Positions 40,295 through 49,628 of a stretch of DNA of 64,000 nucleotides are shown piece by piece. The position numbers and the translations under genes are program-made. Source of the stretch: a virus (taxonomy: Duplodnaviria > Caudoviricetes). The DNA lies in IMG/VR virus record IMGVR_UViG_3300048591_000242, positions 64,001 through 128,000 of that record; one strand, written 5' to 3'. Every line of letters starts with the position of its first letter. The stretch's first letter is position 1. The notes under the pieces were generated by a model. It saw nothing but the letters and a program-made list of their open reading frames with translations, ran no database searches and was not told where the DNA came from.

Positions 40295-40693
40295 ATGACA
40301 AACAATACACGACCTGAGCTAGTAAAAGCAATTGTAGAAAATACATCTATTGATGGCGGACTAGCTACGGTAGGGGAAAATGTTTATTATGAAAATGCCC
40401 CAGAAGGCATTACACCAGACACAGTAAAGTTACACAGAGGCTATGACAGTGAGTACGCCTGTGCCACTTCTATGGCCATGGGCGAATTAGCCAGTGACCT
40501 CATTACTGGCGATGTCGATACGATAACAATGGAGTACAACATGGGTGCCAATCAGACCGGTACACATGTGGCTATAAAGGACACCAAAACTGAAGTATGG
40601 TCTGGATATAGCTCTATCAAAACAGAGCTAGAGGGAGGGGAAGTATTTACCCTATGTCAACAATCATTATTGGATACATTAAACAAATTGTAA
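40295..40693 (+). CDS. hypothetical protein
   Basis: ORF after the promoter motif; AAGGA RBS. Confidence 0.7.
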   Translation: MTNNTRPELVKAIVENTSIDGGLATVGENVYYENAPEGITPDTVKLHRGYDSEYACATSMAMGELASDLITGDVDTITMEYNMGANQTGTHVAIKDTKTEVWSGYSSIKTELEGGEVFTLCQQSLLDTLNKL

Positions 40694-40706
40694 CCGAGGA
40701 GGTTAT

Positions 40707-40841
40707 ATGTCATCTTTAGAACTACTGGATGATCTGCTTTACAACCCTGAAAGGGAAGAAGCGGAGGAGTATTACGAGGCCCTGCGCGAGAAGCAGGATG
40801 AAGAAAACCGAATCTACAATTCCGGTGAAGACGGAGTGTAG
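40707..40841 (+). CDS. small acidic protein (44 aa), not in the ORF track
   Basis: GAGGAGG RBS; MSSLELLDDLLYNPEREEAEEYYEALREKQDEENRIYNSGEDGV. Confidence 0.65.
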   Translation: MSSLELLDDLLYNPEREEAEEYYEALREKQDEENRIYNSGEDGV

Positions 40842-40850
40842 TGTGTAGGG

Positions 40851-40878
40851 TAGGGGGCTAATAACCCCCTATTTTTTT
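40851..40878 (+). terminator. canonical intrinsic terminator
   Basis: TAGGGG/CCCCTA stem followed by a T-tract. Confidence 0.6.
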
Positions 40879-40887
40879 GGGGGTTTT

Positions 40888-41250
40888 ATGAAATTACACA
40901 CCATACAGCTAGCCAAACGTCGATTAGCTGAAAGGTTGGATATACCTGTAATAGATACAACCGTTAAGTCCGGTTTAAGGATATTCGCCCCTACATGGCA
41001 TATGGTTACTTCAGTTAAAGATGGTACTATATCGGAAGAAACTTATACCAAAATGTATTTTGACTTAATGCGTAACTCATATCGAGACCACAACGACATT
41101 TGGGCTGAGTTCTGTAATAGAGAAGAAGTCGCAGTAGCTTGTTATTGTAAAGCGGGGGAATTTTGTCACAGGCACCTACTTGTAGCAATATTGCAAAAAG
41201 TATGCACACATAACGGCATAAGTTTCTTTTATGCAGGTGAGCTTAAATAA
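40888..41250 (+). CDS. DUF488-like protein
   Basis: 'FAPTW', 'CYCKAGEFCHRHLL' motif. Confidence 0.6.
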   Translation: MKLHTIQLAKRRLAERLDIPVIDTTVKSGLRIFAPTWHMVTSVKDGTISEETYTKMYFDLMRNSYRDHNDIWAEFCNREEVAVACYCKAGEFCHRHLLVAILQKVCTHNGISFFYAGELK

Positions 41251-41263
41251 GAGGTAATGTAAT

Positions 41264-41644
41264 ATGTCATCTATAAACAAACCTGAATATATCAACTATG
41301 CTACGGTGGATAAAGTAATAGACGGGGATACATACGACTGCACTGTACATTTGCCGTTTGGTATATTCTGTAAACAACGTTTTAGGCTGCATGGTGCAGA
41401 TACTCCGGAAACATGGAGGCCCAAGACTGAGTCAGAAGCTAGGCATGGGAAGAAAGCTACTGACTATGTAGTGAGTGCCATAGAAGGCAAGGAGGTTATT
41501 CTAAAGACATATAAGGATATTGGAGTGTATGGTAGATACACGGCTGAGGTATGGATACTTAGCGTCAATAGAACCCCGGTAAACAGTTTAGCTGACTTAC
41601 TAAAAGACGCTGGTCTTCTAAAGCTAGATAGCTACACTGATTAA
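41264..41644 (+). CDS. thermonuclease (SNase-like)
   Basis: 'KVIDGDT', 'RLHGADTPE', 'YGRY'. Confidence 0.85.
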   Translation: MSSINKPEYINYATVDKVIDGDTYDCTVHLPFGIFCKQRFRLHGADTPETWRPKTESEARHGKKATDYVVSAIEGKEVILKTYKDIGVYGRYTAEVWILSVNRTPVNSLADLLKDAGLLKLDSYTD

Positions 41645-41647
41645 ATA

Positions 41648-41698
41648 CAGCATAAGTACACTAGTACCCAATAAGGGTACTAGTGTATGCTTATGCCG
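41648..41698. terminator. bidirectional hairpin element
   Basis: CAGCATA - TACACTAGTACCC/GGGTACTAGTGTA - TATGCCG, between convergent genes. Confidence 0.75.
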
Positions 41699-41699
41699 T

Positions 41700-42554
41700 T
41701 TAACCGGCAGATTCAGATACTTCTTCTACTTTACTAGCGTAGCTTTCACCGCCAGCCAGAACATCAGAGCTAATCTTGTCGTATGCTGCTGGTAAAGCCG
41801 CTGGTTGGAAACCGGTTTTAACCAGAGCATCCAGATATGTCTGTGCCAGTGTATCGACGTGTGTGCCGATTTGTGTAGTGGCAGTAAATTCGATGGTGTG
41901 TTCTACCGTCTCATTATCTTCGCCAATTACACGCTTACCTTCATCTTCGCCAGAGGTCTTAGGAATCATGTTACTGCATAGCCAAGCAGAAGTTACCTTA
42001 GACAAGTCACGAGAAGGCTCAATAAAGAGAACCGTCATAGAGATTGCATCTGGTAAAAACTCAGGCTTGTTTTGATTCCAAGAGTCTTTGGTAATTAACG
42101 CCGGATGACCAGTTTCAGGGTCAGCTACCAGTTCGGTAATCCACTGACTCATAAGGTTATGAATAACCTTACCTTCTTTTTCTGGCCAAACAAAGGTAGG
42201 TACAGACACAGCACGATTTACCTTAGTAGGCGTGTGGTGTACTTCACCTGCATTGTTTACTTTGTGTTCACCGAAGTTAACATCCAGTTTACTGGTCAAA
42301 CCGGTAATAGACGTAGCCATAACCTCAACTAAGCTTTTAAGCATAGCAATACGGTCTGGACCATCATCCATAAGTTTCATGTGACCGGGTGCTTCTACCA
42401 AAACAGCGATGATTTTCTGTCTGGTATAGCTTGCACTACTGACCCAGCGTTTAGGATCAGACATAGCGCCTTGTTGGCCGCCTTGTGCGATATTAAGGGC
42501 ACGGGTGCGCCCAGCGGTAACCGAATGATCGGCACCTACAAGAACATTACTCAT
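41700..42554 (-). CDS. tail tube protein (phiKZ gp30-like)
   Basis: 284 aa, directly downstream of the sheath gene; 'SITGLTSKL', 'AWLCSNMIPK'. Confidence 0.8.
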   Translation of the reverse strand: MSNVLVGADHSVTAGRTRALNIAQGGQQGAMSDPKRWVSSASYTRQKIIAVLVEAPGHMKLMDDGPDRIAMLKSLVEVMATSITGLTSKLDVNFGEHKVNNAGEVHHTPTKVNRAVSVPTFVWPEKEGKVIHNLMSQWITELVADPETGHPALITKDSWNQNKPEFLPDAISMTVLFIEPSRDLSKVTSAWLCSNMIPKTSGEDEGKRVIGEDNETVEHTIEFTATTQIGTHVDTLAQTYLDALVKTGFQPAALPAAYDKISSDVLAGGESYASKVEEVSESAG

Positions 42555-42566
42555 TGTACTTTACTC

Positions 42567-44606
42567 CTAGAGATCGCTACGACGACGCGTAATAACGTTA
42601 ATAACACCAACAGTACGCATGTTGTTCATATAAACAGCTACGTCCATTGTCCAGGAATACCCACGCGCTTCATCAGCTTCAGTGAAATAGGTATTAGGCT
42701 CGATAACCACGCGGTTGTCGTATCTACCTTCTACTAATCTCAACAGTAGGGCATTACACGCATCAATGAATTGTTCATTGGTGAGTGTGGTGTTACCGGT
42801 CATCTGACGCCATACTTCAATAGACATTTTACCAACGTCAACTGCGATAAGCATGTTGATGTCGTTGTTCAATACTGAAGTGTCGTCGTCGTAGATGGTC
42901 TGAATGGCCGGGAAGAACAACTGACTGCGGTCAGCGTACTGTACCCAGTTTAAACCAACTTCCCAATCCTTACTACGAACGATGTTTGGTTTCCACGGAT
43001 GGTTAACATTGTTCATAGTTTCGATGCGGTTCGCAGGAGCTACATCATAGGCAAATTGGTTCTTGTACTTACCGGAACCCGCACCCATATACTTAGAACG
43101 CTTCTCAATAAGTTCCATAACCAGAGGAACCTGACGACGGTACTTTGAGTGTAGTTTGTCACCAGTATGACCTACACAGACATAACGGCAAACGGGAGTG
43201 CCCCATAGAGTGGATTCAGGGATCAATCGAGCATAAGCACGCAGTGCTGTCATAATAGACGTTTCTTCGCTGATGCTGTTAGCCGATTCCAGTACATCCT
43301 GAGTACAACCGGTAACTGAGATATCTTTACGGTAGCCTAGTGTACCGATGATAGCCTTCTTGGTTTCCAGAGTAAAGCCAGTATCATAAACAATAGAGAA
43401 CGGATAGCGGGCATCATCCAATAAAGGGTATTCGATGTTTTCCCAGTTATACAGACACTCGTCACGAACCAGTTCATCCAGTGTCAGCTCATCAACAGAA
43501 CCATCAGAGCCACCTACGGCGTAATGTGTAGTGTTTTCATTTAACTGAATGCTACTGCCATCAATAACAAAACTGTAATGATCAATGTCATTGTAATCCA
43601 ACGCATTGAACAGGTTCAGCATATGACGATCAGCTACGGCGCCTGGGTTAGCCGCTTCTTCTTTAACATACAACAAGTCCAGGATTTCTTCAATGTTATC
43701 CTGGTAAATGTACATTGATTCCATTGGGCCATATTTTGGCATGAAACCACTGGAAGGATCAATGCTTTGGTATTCGCTAATCAGTCGGCTAAAGCCTAAA
43801 TCCTGATCTGTCTTAGGATTGAATAAATCCTCTTTCAAACCAAAATCAATAAACTGTTCAGCATTTACGGAACCCACTACTCGTGGCAGAGAGTAAGCAT
43901 CTTCTCTTTCCACGAACTGGCCACGGTAAATCATCCCACGCTGGGACTCAATAACGCTAACATCAGTAGGCTGTGCGGTAGATAGACCTGGATATGACAA
44001 ACGCAAACCTACGTTGTTACCATATTCGCCATAGCCTAGACGGAAAGCCGCAATAGGATATTTTTGCGAATCTACACCAGTACGACCTACCAAAGTACCT
44101 ACTGTTTTCAACTCACCACGAAGGTTGTCAATGTCGGCCAATGGCTGAATAGACCAACGTACACGGTATCCGTCTACTACATCTGTGGGATGTAGCATTT
44201 TGGCGCCAGTAACATCACGCATTACTTCACCGTCTGCTTCACGTTCGTATGCCTGAATGTCGTCTTCCACGATTTCGCAGAATAAAACCAAAGAGGCACG
44301 AGCAGCATTAGCGGCAATTACGCGTTTAAGCATTACTGCATTACCATTACCATTACAGATAGTAGCCGCCATAGTCTGATGTGAGAAGTATTTAGAACGC
44401 TCCTCAAATGACTTTGCACCGTACATATCCATCATGTCCTTACCGGCAACTAATTGCGGAGTAAGCGGCCCACGTTGAGTCTGTGCATAGATTAAAGGAA
44501 GGTGCTGTGGGATCGCTTCACGCACGACGGGTAATGCACGACCAGATTCGTCCCGGATACCGGTGTGGATATATCTCGGGGCTCCGTTCTTTATTGATAC
44601 AGACAT
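42567..44606 (-). CDS. tail sheath protein (phiKZ gp29-like)
   Basis: 679 aa; 'NGAP', 'PQHLPL', 'GGSDG', 'YPFSIVYDTGF', C-terminal 'RGYSWT...NMRTV'. Confidence 0.88.
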   Translation of the reverse strand: MSVSIKNGAPRYIHTGIRDESGRALPVVREAIPQHLPLIYAQTQRGPLTPQLVAGKDMMDMYGAKSFEERSKYFSHQTMAATICNGNGNAVMLKRVIAANAARASLVLFCEIVEDDIQAYEREADGEVMRDVTGAKMLHPTDVVDGYRVRWSIQPLADIDNLRGELKTVGTLVGRTGVDSQKYPIAAFRLGYGEYGNNVGLRLSYPGLSTAQPTDVSVIESQRGMIYRGQFVEREDAYSLPRVVGSVNAEQFIDFGLKEDLFNPKTDQDLGFSRLISEYQSIDPSSGFMPKYGPMESMYIYQDNIEEILDLLYVKEEAANPGAVADRHMLNLFNALDYNDIDHYSFVIDGSSIQLNENTTHYAVGGSDGSVDELTLDELVRDECLYNWENIEYPLLDDARYPFSIVYDTGFTLETKKAIIGTLGYRKDISVTGCTQDVLESANSISEETSIMTALRAYARLIPESTLWGTPVCRYVCVGHTGDKLHSKYRRQVPLVMELIEKRSKYMGAGSGKYKNQFAYDVAPANRIETMNNVNHPWKPNIVRSKDWEVGLNWVQYADRSQLFFPAIQTIYDDDTSVLNNDINMLIAVDVGKMSIEVWRQMTGNTTLTNEQFIDACNALLLRLVEGRYDNRVVIEPNTYFTEADEARGYSWTMDVAVYMNNMRTVGVINVITRRRSDL

Positions 44607-44659
44607 AATGAAACACCTCTGTATTTAAATTGGTTAATAATCATAATTAAGGTTTCCTA

Positions 44660-45667
44660 TTAATCCCATAATTCTTTAATTGTAAAATTTTTAACCGCCA
44701 ATGTACCCATGTGCTGCAGTCTTCGATACATTGAATCTCTGGTTATGTTTAATCTAGACATGATCTCCGAAAATTTAGACACACCAAATTCTTTAGTCTT
44801 ATTATCATACCAAAAAATAGGTCTATCATGATCTTTGTTTTTCATTAGCCTGCTCGCCGCTACAACATCCTCTCTCGATGGTAAGTCATCTTTGTGAATT
44901 AAAAAAGTATAATAATAAATTCCTCTAATCTCAGGCAAACCTCTAGAAAGATATGCTTTTATTCCTTTATATCCTGTAATATTTTCTGCTTCTCTTATAC
45001 TAGCGGCTATTATCTTTCCCCCAGTTAACCAATTATGAATCAGTATTCCAGTACGATAATTTCTTTCGCCATATATAAAATCATCCCACGGGCTATCATC
45101 TCCTGCATCCTTGATCAAATATCTTCCATAAATAACACCTTGAGAGTTTTTACGCAGCTCTGAGACTAATCTACTATGAAATGTACCTATAAATCTGGCC
45201 CCATCTGATAAAGAAGAGAAGTGTCTGGTTAAACCTGTCTTTACGTCCTTAATAAGAATAGGTCTTGCATAGTTTGAATTTTCTAATTCAGTACAAGAAT
45301 GCATGGTGTTTTCTCTTTGAGTACACCATTCCAGATTTTCAGGAGTATTGTTCGATCTATCTCCGTCTTTGTGATTTACATCTAACTTTCTTCCACAAGG
45401 AGGTGGTCCGTAGAAAGCAAACATAACTACACGATGAACTAAAACTGATTTACTTATTTTGTTTTTTTCACCGCAAAAGGTTTTAAACTGTCGGTAACCG
45501 TTAGAAAGTGTTCCGAAAGTCTTTTGACCCTTTTTCCTTATTTTATTTTCAGAAGTAGTTAGATAAACTATTTCGCCTCTTGAGGATACTGCCACTTCAG
45601 GATGTTTACTACTAAGGAAAAAACCGGGGAAATCTTTAGATTCTACAGGTTTGAATTTATTACTCAT
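44660..45667 (-). CDS. free-standing HNH homing endonuclease (NUMOD4-HNH-NUMOD1 type)
   Basis: 'VHRVV..AF', 'VNHKDGDRSNNTPENLEWCTQRENTMH', C-terminal NUMOD1-like repeats; GAGGT RBS before ATG 45667. Confidence 0.9.
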   Translation of the reverse strand: MSNKFKPVESKDFPGFFLSSKHPEVAVSSRGEIVYLTTSENKIRKKGQKTFGTLSNGYRQFKTFCGEKNKISKSVLVHRVVMFAFYGPPPCGRKLDVNHKDGDRSNNTPENLEWCTQRENTMHSCTELENSNYARPILIKDVKTGLTRHFSSLSDGARFIGTFHSRLVSELRKNSQGVIYGRYLIKDAGDDSPWDDFIYGERNYRTGILIHNWLTGGKIIAASIREAENITGYKGIKAYLSRGLPEIRGIYYYTFLIHKDDLPSREDVVAASRLMKNKDHDRPIFWYDNKTKEFGVSKFSEIMSRLNITRDSMYRRLQHMGTLAVKNFTIKELWD

Positions 45668-46091
45668 CTTAAATACCTCGCCAATACACATAGTATTGTT
45701 CGTGGCGCAGCATTTATATTTTTAATTTACAAAAATGACTTACCTCCGTATTCGGAATAACGGTACTATTAAACGCCACAGAATAATTTTTTGCGGTGGT
45801 TCATTATATCGCTATATCTGTTACAGAAATTATATCCTCATAAGAGGACATGTTCCTCTGTTGGGTTTATTACAAATTTGACTGTGATCGCAGTCGGGTA
45901 TTCTAATTCAAGACAAGTTATATCAACACAATATTCGTTTAAATATATAGATGGTAACTTCAAACGTAAGAAGCCAAAAATATACCATCCGACATAGTAC
46001 TTACATTGATTTTATAGAATCGTATGTTAAATGCATGTCGAAATGTGCATACTATTTTGTTTAGCGATATAACCACCGTGGAGTATTAGAA

Positions 46092-47015
46092 ATGGGCCCG
46101 TATGAAACCCGTATAAACAGTCAGTACAGAAATCAACTCTCTGACGTAAAAAAGGCAATAGAAAAACAAACGGCCATGGGGGAAGATCGGTTTTTTGTTT
46201 CTTTAGGTAAATACGTACGTATGCCTAAATATGACAATGATACTCTACCACACTGGTCACACCCTTTTGTAATGGGCGGCACCGTATATATGGATGCCAG
46301 ACCATTTATGAATAAGGTTGGTGGTATAAAGAACCACGTAGAATATGACCTTATGCGTAGACGCGCTGTTTTAGAGTATTTGTGGAAAGACGATCCTGAA
46401 ATATTTGAAAGGTTAATGCCGGATATGGTGGTGGTATTTGCTGAGTGGTATACAGGCGGCATCTCTAGTAGATACAACGCCAGTGAGGTAGATCGCTCTA
46501 GATTTAAAGTAGTGGCTGCTTCTTACTACGTATGGCTTATACTTACTCAGGTACAAAACGGTAAGGTAAGTAAAGAAGACGTTAGAAACATTACAGCTAA
46601 AATACTTAGCCGGACAGGTGGCATGCCAGCCAACTATGTATTCGACGTATTAAACGATATGGATACATTGGAGTTATTGGAAGGGGCCTATCCGGATATC
46701 GACAGGCTGGCTAGAAATACAAAGGCTATGGCTACCTTTGACATGGGTGACTTTACTGCTATAGCGGCTATGCAGCTAATGAGCAGTGGCAGTTGGATAG
46801 GCGTTAATAACGTAATGCTGTCGGCTATGGCGCTCGAACATCCGCCCTTGTTTTTGGTACTTATAGCTGGCTCACATGCAATCTCTGGTTATAGAAACAA
46901 AACCAGAATCGGTAGAGCAGTAAACAGTATGGGTAGAAAGATAAACCCAGAATCACTTAACACAACCTTAATTCGGCTAGTTGACGAATACGCTGCTGTA
47001 ATAAGGACGTCATGA
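46092..47015 (+). CDS. virion structural protein (phiKZ gp28-like by synteny)
   Basis: Divergent from the sheath gene; 'ALEHPP' motif. Confidence 0.6.
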   Translation: MGPYETRINSQYRNQLSDVKKAIEKQTAMGEDRFFVSLGKYVRMPKYDNDTLPHWSHPFVMGGTVYMDARPFMNKVGGIKNHVEYDLMRRRAVLEYLWKDDPEIFERLMPDMVVVFAEWYTGGISSRYNASEVDRSRFKVVAASYYVWLILTQVQNGKVSKEDVRNITAKILSRTGGMPANYVFDVLNDMDTLELLEGAYPDIDRLARNTKAMATFDMGDFTAIAAMQLMSSGSWIGVNNVMLSAMALEHPPLFLVLIAGSHAISGYRNKTRIGRAVNSMGRKINPESLNTTLIRLVDEYAAVIRTS

Positions 47016-47040
47016 ACAACAAATCAGAGTAGGCTTTTGT

Positions 47041-49587
47041 ATGGAAACCGCTAATGAATTTGAACATAGACTGTTAACGTCTGCTGTGGATGAGGTATGG
47101 CAAAATCCACACGACGATAATCAGTTCTCGATTATACCGGCACGACTGTGTTCTCTGAACGGCAAAACAAATGTTCTATATACCTCTGTTGGCACGTATA
47201 GGCTTCCTACTAGTGGCGATAAATATGTTGTTTATGAGTTAGGACAATCTAATCCAAGACAGATAGGCATAGACTCCAATGTCATGTCTTGGATTAGACT
47301 AGATAAGTTGTGTCTAGATAACGAGATGCTTTGTCATGTACACATACGTCAGTTACAGATACCATTGTCTACTGTATATGTAATGCAAAACAATAGAAAG
47401 AATGTTTTATTGGCCGTTGCAGTAAAACCCAATGTCAAGCTACTAAACACGGGTTTACCTTTATACTTTCATGTATACTCTAACGACTGGTTATCGCTAA
47501 CCACTGAAGGTAGGGCTATAGCTGAACCCGTTAAAGAAACCAGTGGCTATGTTGCTGACTTAAATGTGGCATCTAATGTAATAAACACCTATAGAAACAG
47601 CACCGTGGGTAATACGTACTTGCATCACAACGGTTATCTGGTAAATGACATTAGCATGTCAGAGGTATCGCTAGGGGATAACATAGCCTGTCTGAACGAT
47701 AAGAGTGGTAGAGGGTATTTTGATGTAACCCTTAGTTCACTAAAACACTATACTTCTACCTTGGATGCTCGTGGTAAGATTATAGTTCAGGTACCAGAAA
47801 GAACTGTAGGTGATAGACTCTACTGTGAGCCAGTTGATGAAGTAGAAATTTACGTATGTAGTGAGCAGGCTGCGGTTGGTGGCCAGTATCGAATGAAGGG
47901 TTTCTATTATAGTAGAATACAGCCTAAAGATACAAGGATGCTAACGCACAGGGATTTTGCGTTAGATAGCCAGAGACTGGATGCTTTAATAGCTGAGCAT
48001 ATTGCATTTGGTTTGGAGATGGATGATGTATTTCTACGGGTATTCCTTAGAAATCACACGGCTGGTTATAAGACGTTTGTAGACGGTGACTATTTAAACG
48101 ATATGTTTAAGTTAGACATTGCCAATAGAGCTAACCTTTTAACTGAAGTATCCGGTACCTACTACGGATGGAGACCGGAGCTGTTAGAAGTATCACCCTA
48201 TAACAAATGGCAGCAGGCCAGTATAAGCGAATTAGGTATAGGTACCCTGAAAGGTGTCTATAGTCTAGATGAATTAAACATCAGGGCACGTGTTGGTGAA
48301 TTTAACAACACACACCTTAAGTTACCTTACTGTATGGTGTTAGGTGGTAAAGTACTAGGCTTTGATGTAAATGGTGCTATGATAGAGATCATAGATGTTC
48401 CTAGTAATAGCGCATATGAAACAATTGTAGTTTCACCGGACATAGTTAAGGTAGAATGTATACCGGGTACATTTACTGAGACTGGTGAACTAATGGATCG
48501 AGATGTGGACTTCGTAGATCAAGCTGATTGGTTTGATGAGAAGTTCTATTTTAGAACCATAGAGGATACGCAATGGCATGAGGCTGTAGAGGGTACAGAT
48601 TACGTAATCGACACCACCCACAGCACTGTGGTGTGGGATAATCTCCATAATACAGACGGTAGAATGAGACGCAGCATACGGGACGCTATTTACCGTAACT
48701 TCAAAGTAGAGCCAGAAATGCTTTATCATCCGTTACCTATATATGCAAGTCCTGGTCCAGTTACTCTACTAAGGCTAACTAGGCTGGATGTTTATATAAA
48801 CGGTAGAAAAGGTATAGAAGGTCTGGACTACATCGTTGATTATCCTAATATAACCATAACCAATAAACAGTACTATATGAATGAAACTGGTTTGGTGGAT
48901 ATAGACGTATTCCATTATGGTGTCCCAGGTGAGTCTAACTCTAGGGCCGGATTCCTACAAAGACGTGTATTAGCTGATACAGACCTGGATTTGTTTGTAG
49001 GTAACCGAGATGTATCTGTTTGTATAGATGGCTATAGGGCCGAATATGGTGAACTTGGTTTACCTGAAAATCCGGGTACTACTACCAATACTAAATACAG
49101 AGAAGGAGCACCCTATCAAATAGAGCACAGACCGAATATACTGGGCCCTCTAGCCAGAAAGAAACTGGCTTATGGTTATCCTGATATTTCAGCCTTAGCC
49201 TCTACTGCGGTATCTAATCTACTACCAGTACCGAATACTAGTACGCCTGTATTTATACCGCATGGCCATGCTATATATAGTCCGTTTATAAAGAAACTTA
49301 TCGTCATGTTACGTAGCAATGAAATAGATGTTAGTATACATGGGCTATCCGATATGGGCGTAGCCACTACAATGGCTCCTTATATGGACGAAATTGACTC
49401 TGATCTAATTGGGCTTCCTCTAATAACGGATATGGTTGATATACATCCGACTAGTAACGTAGTGCAGGTAGATGTTACTGAGGAGGAGTTTATGTTCCTC
49501 AGAAAGGTAAGTAAGCTTTACTACGAAAACAGGATTGTATTTAACACATACCTAAACATACAAGAAGGCATAGAGCCGCAAACCTAA
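47041..49587 (+). CDS. virion/baseplate structural protein (phiKZ gp27-like by synteny)
   Basis: 848 aa; 'VWQNPHDDNQ', 'INGRKGIEGLDY', 'IYSPFIKKLI'. Confidence 0.65.
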   Translation: METANEFEHRLLTSAVDEVWQNPHDDNQFSIIPARLCSLNGKTNVLYTSVGTYRLPTSGDKYVVYELGQSNPRQIGIDSNVMSWIRLDKLCLDNEMLCHVHIRQLQIPLSTVYVMQNNRKNVLLAVAVKPNVKLLNTGLPLYFHVYSNDWLSLTTEGRAIAEPVKETSGYVADLNVASNVINTYRNSTVGNTYLHHNGYLVNDISMSEVSLGDNIACLNDKSGRGYFDVTLSSLKHYTSTLDARGKIIVQVPERTVGDRLYCEPVDEVEIYVCSEQAAVGGQYRMKGFYYSRIQPKDTRMLTHRDFALDSQRLDALIAEHIAFGLEMDDVFLRVFLRNHTAGYKTFVDGDYLNDMFKLDIANRANLLTEVSGTYYGWRPELLEVSPYNKWQQASISELGIGTLKGVYSLDELNIRARVGEFNNTHLKLPYCMVLGGKVLGFDVNGAMIEIIDVPSNSAYETIVVSPDIVKVECIPGTFTETGELMDRDVDFVDQADWFDEKFYFRTIEDTQWHEAVEGTDYVIDTTHSTVVWDNLHNTDGRMRRSIRDAIYRNFKVEPEMLYHPLPIYASPGPVTLLRLTRLDVYINGRKGIEGLDYIVDYPNITITNKQYYMNETGLVDIDVFHYGVPGESNSRAGFLQRRVLADTDLDLFVGNRDVSVCIDGYRAEYGELGLPENPGTTTNTKYREGAPYQIEHRPNILGPLARKKLAYGYPDISALASTAVSNLLPVPNTSTPVFIPHGHAIYSPFIKKLIVMLRSNEIDVSIHGLSDMGVATTMAPYMDEIDSDLIGLPLITDMVDIHPTSNVVQVDVTEEEFMFLRKVSKLYYENRIVFNTYLNIQEGIEPQT

Positions 49588-49628
49588 TTATTAGTTAGGC
49601 GGCATTGTCTGCTGCTTGGAGAATTAAC

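Noticed and set aside
44620-46090. Possibility that the HNH at 44660 lies in an intron of the sheath or gp28-like gene
   Set aside because: Both flanking genes begin with plausible complete N-termini, and I found no P3/P4/P7 elements.
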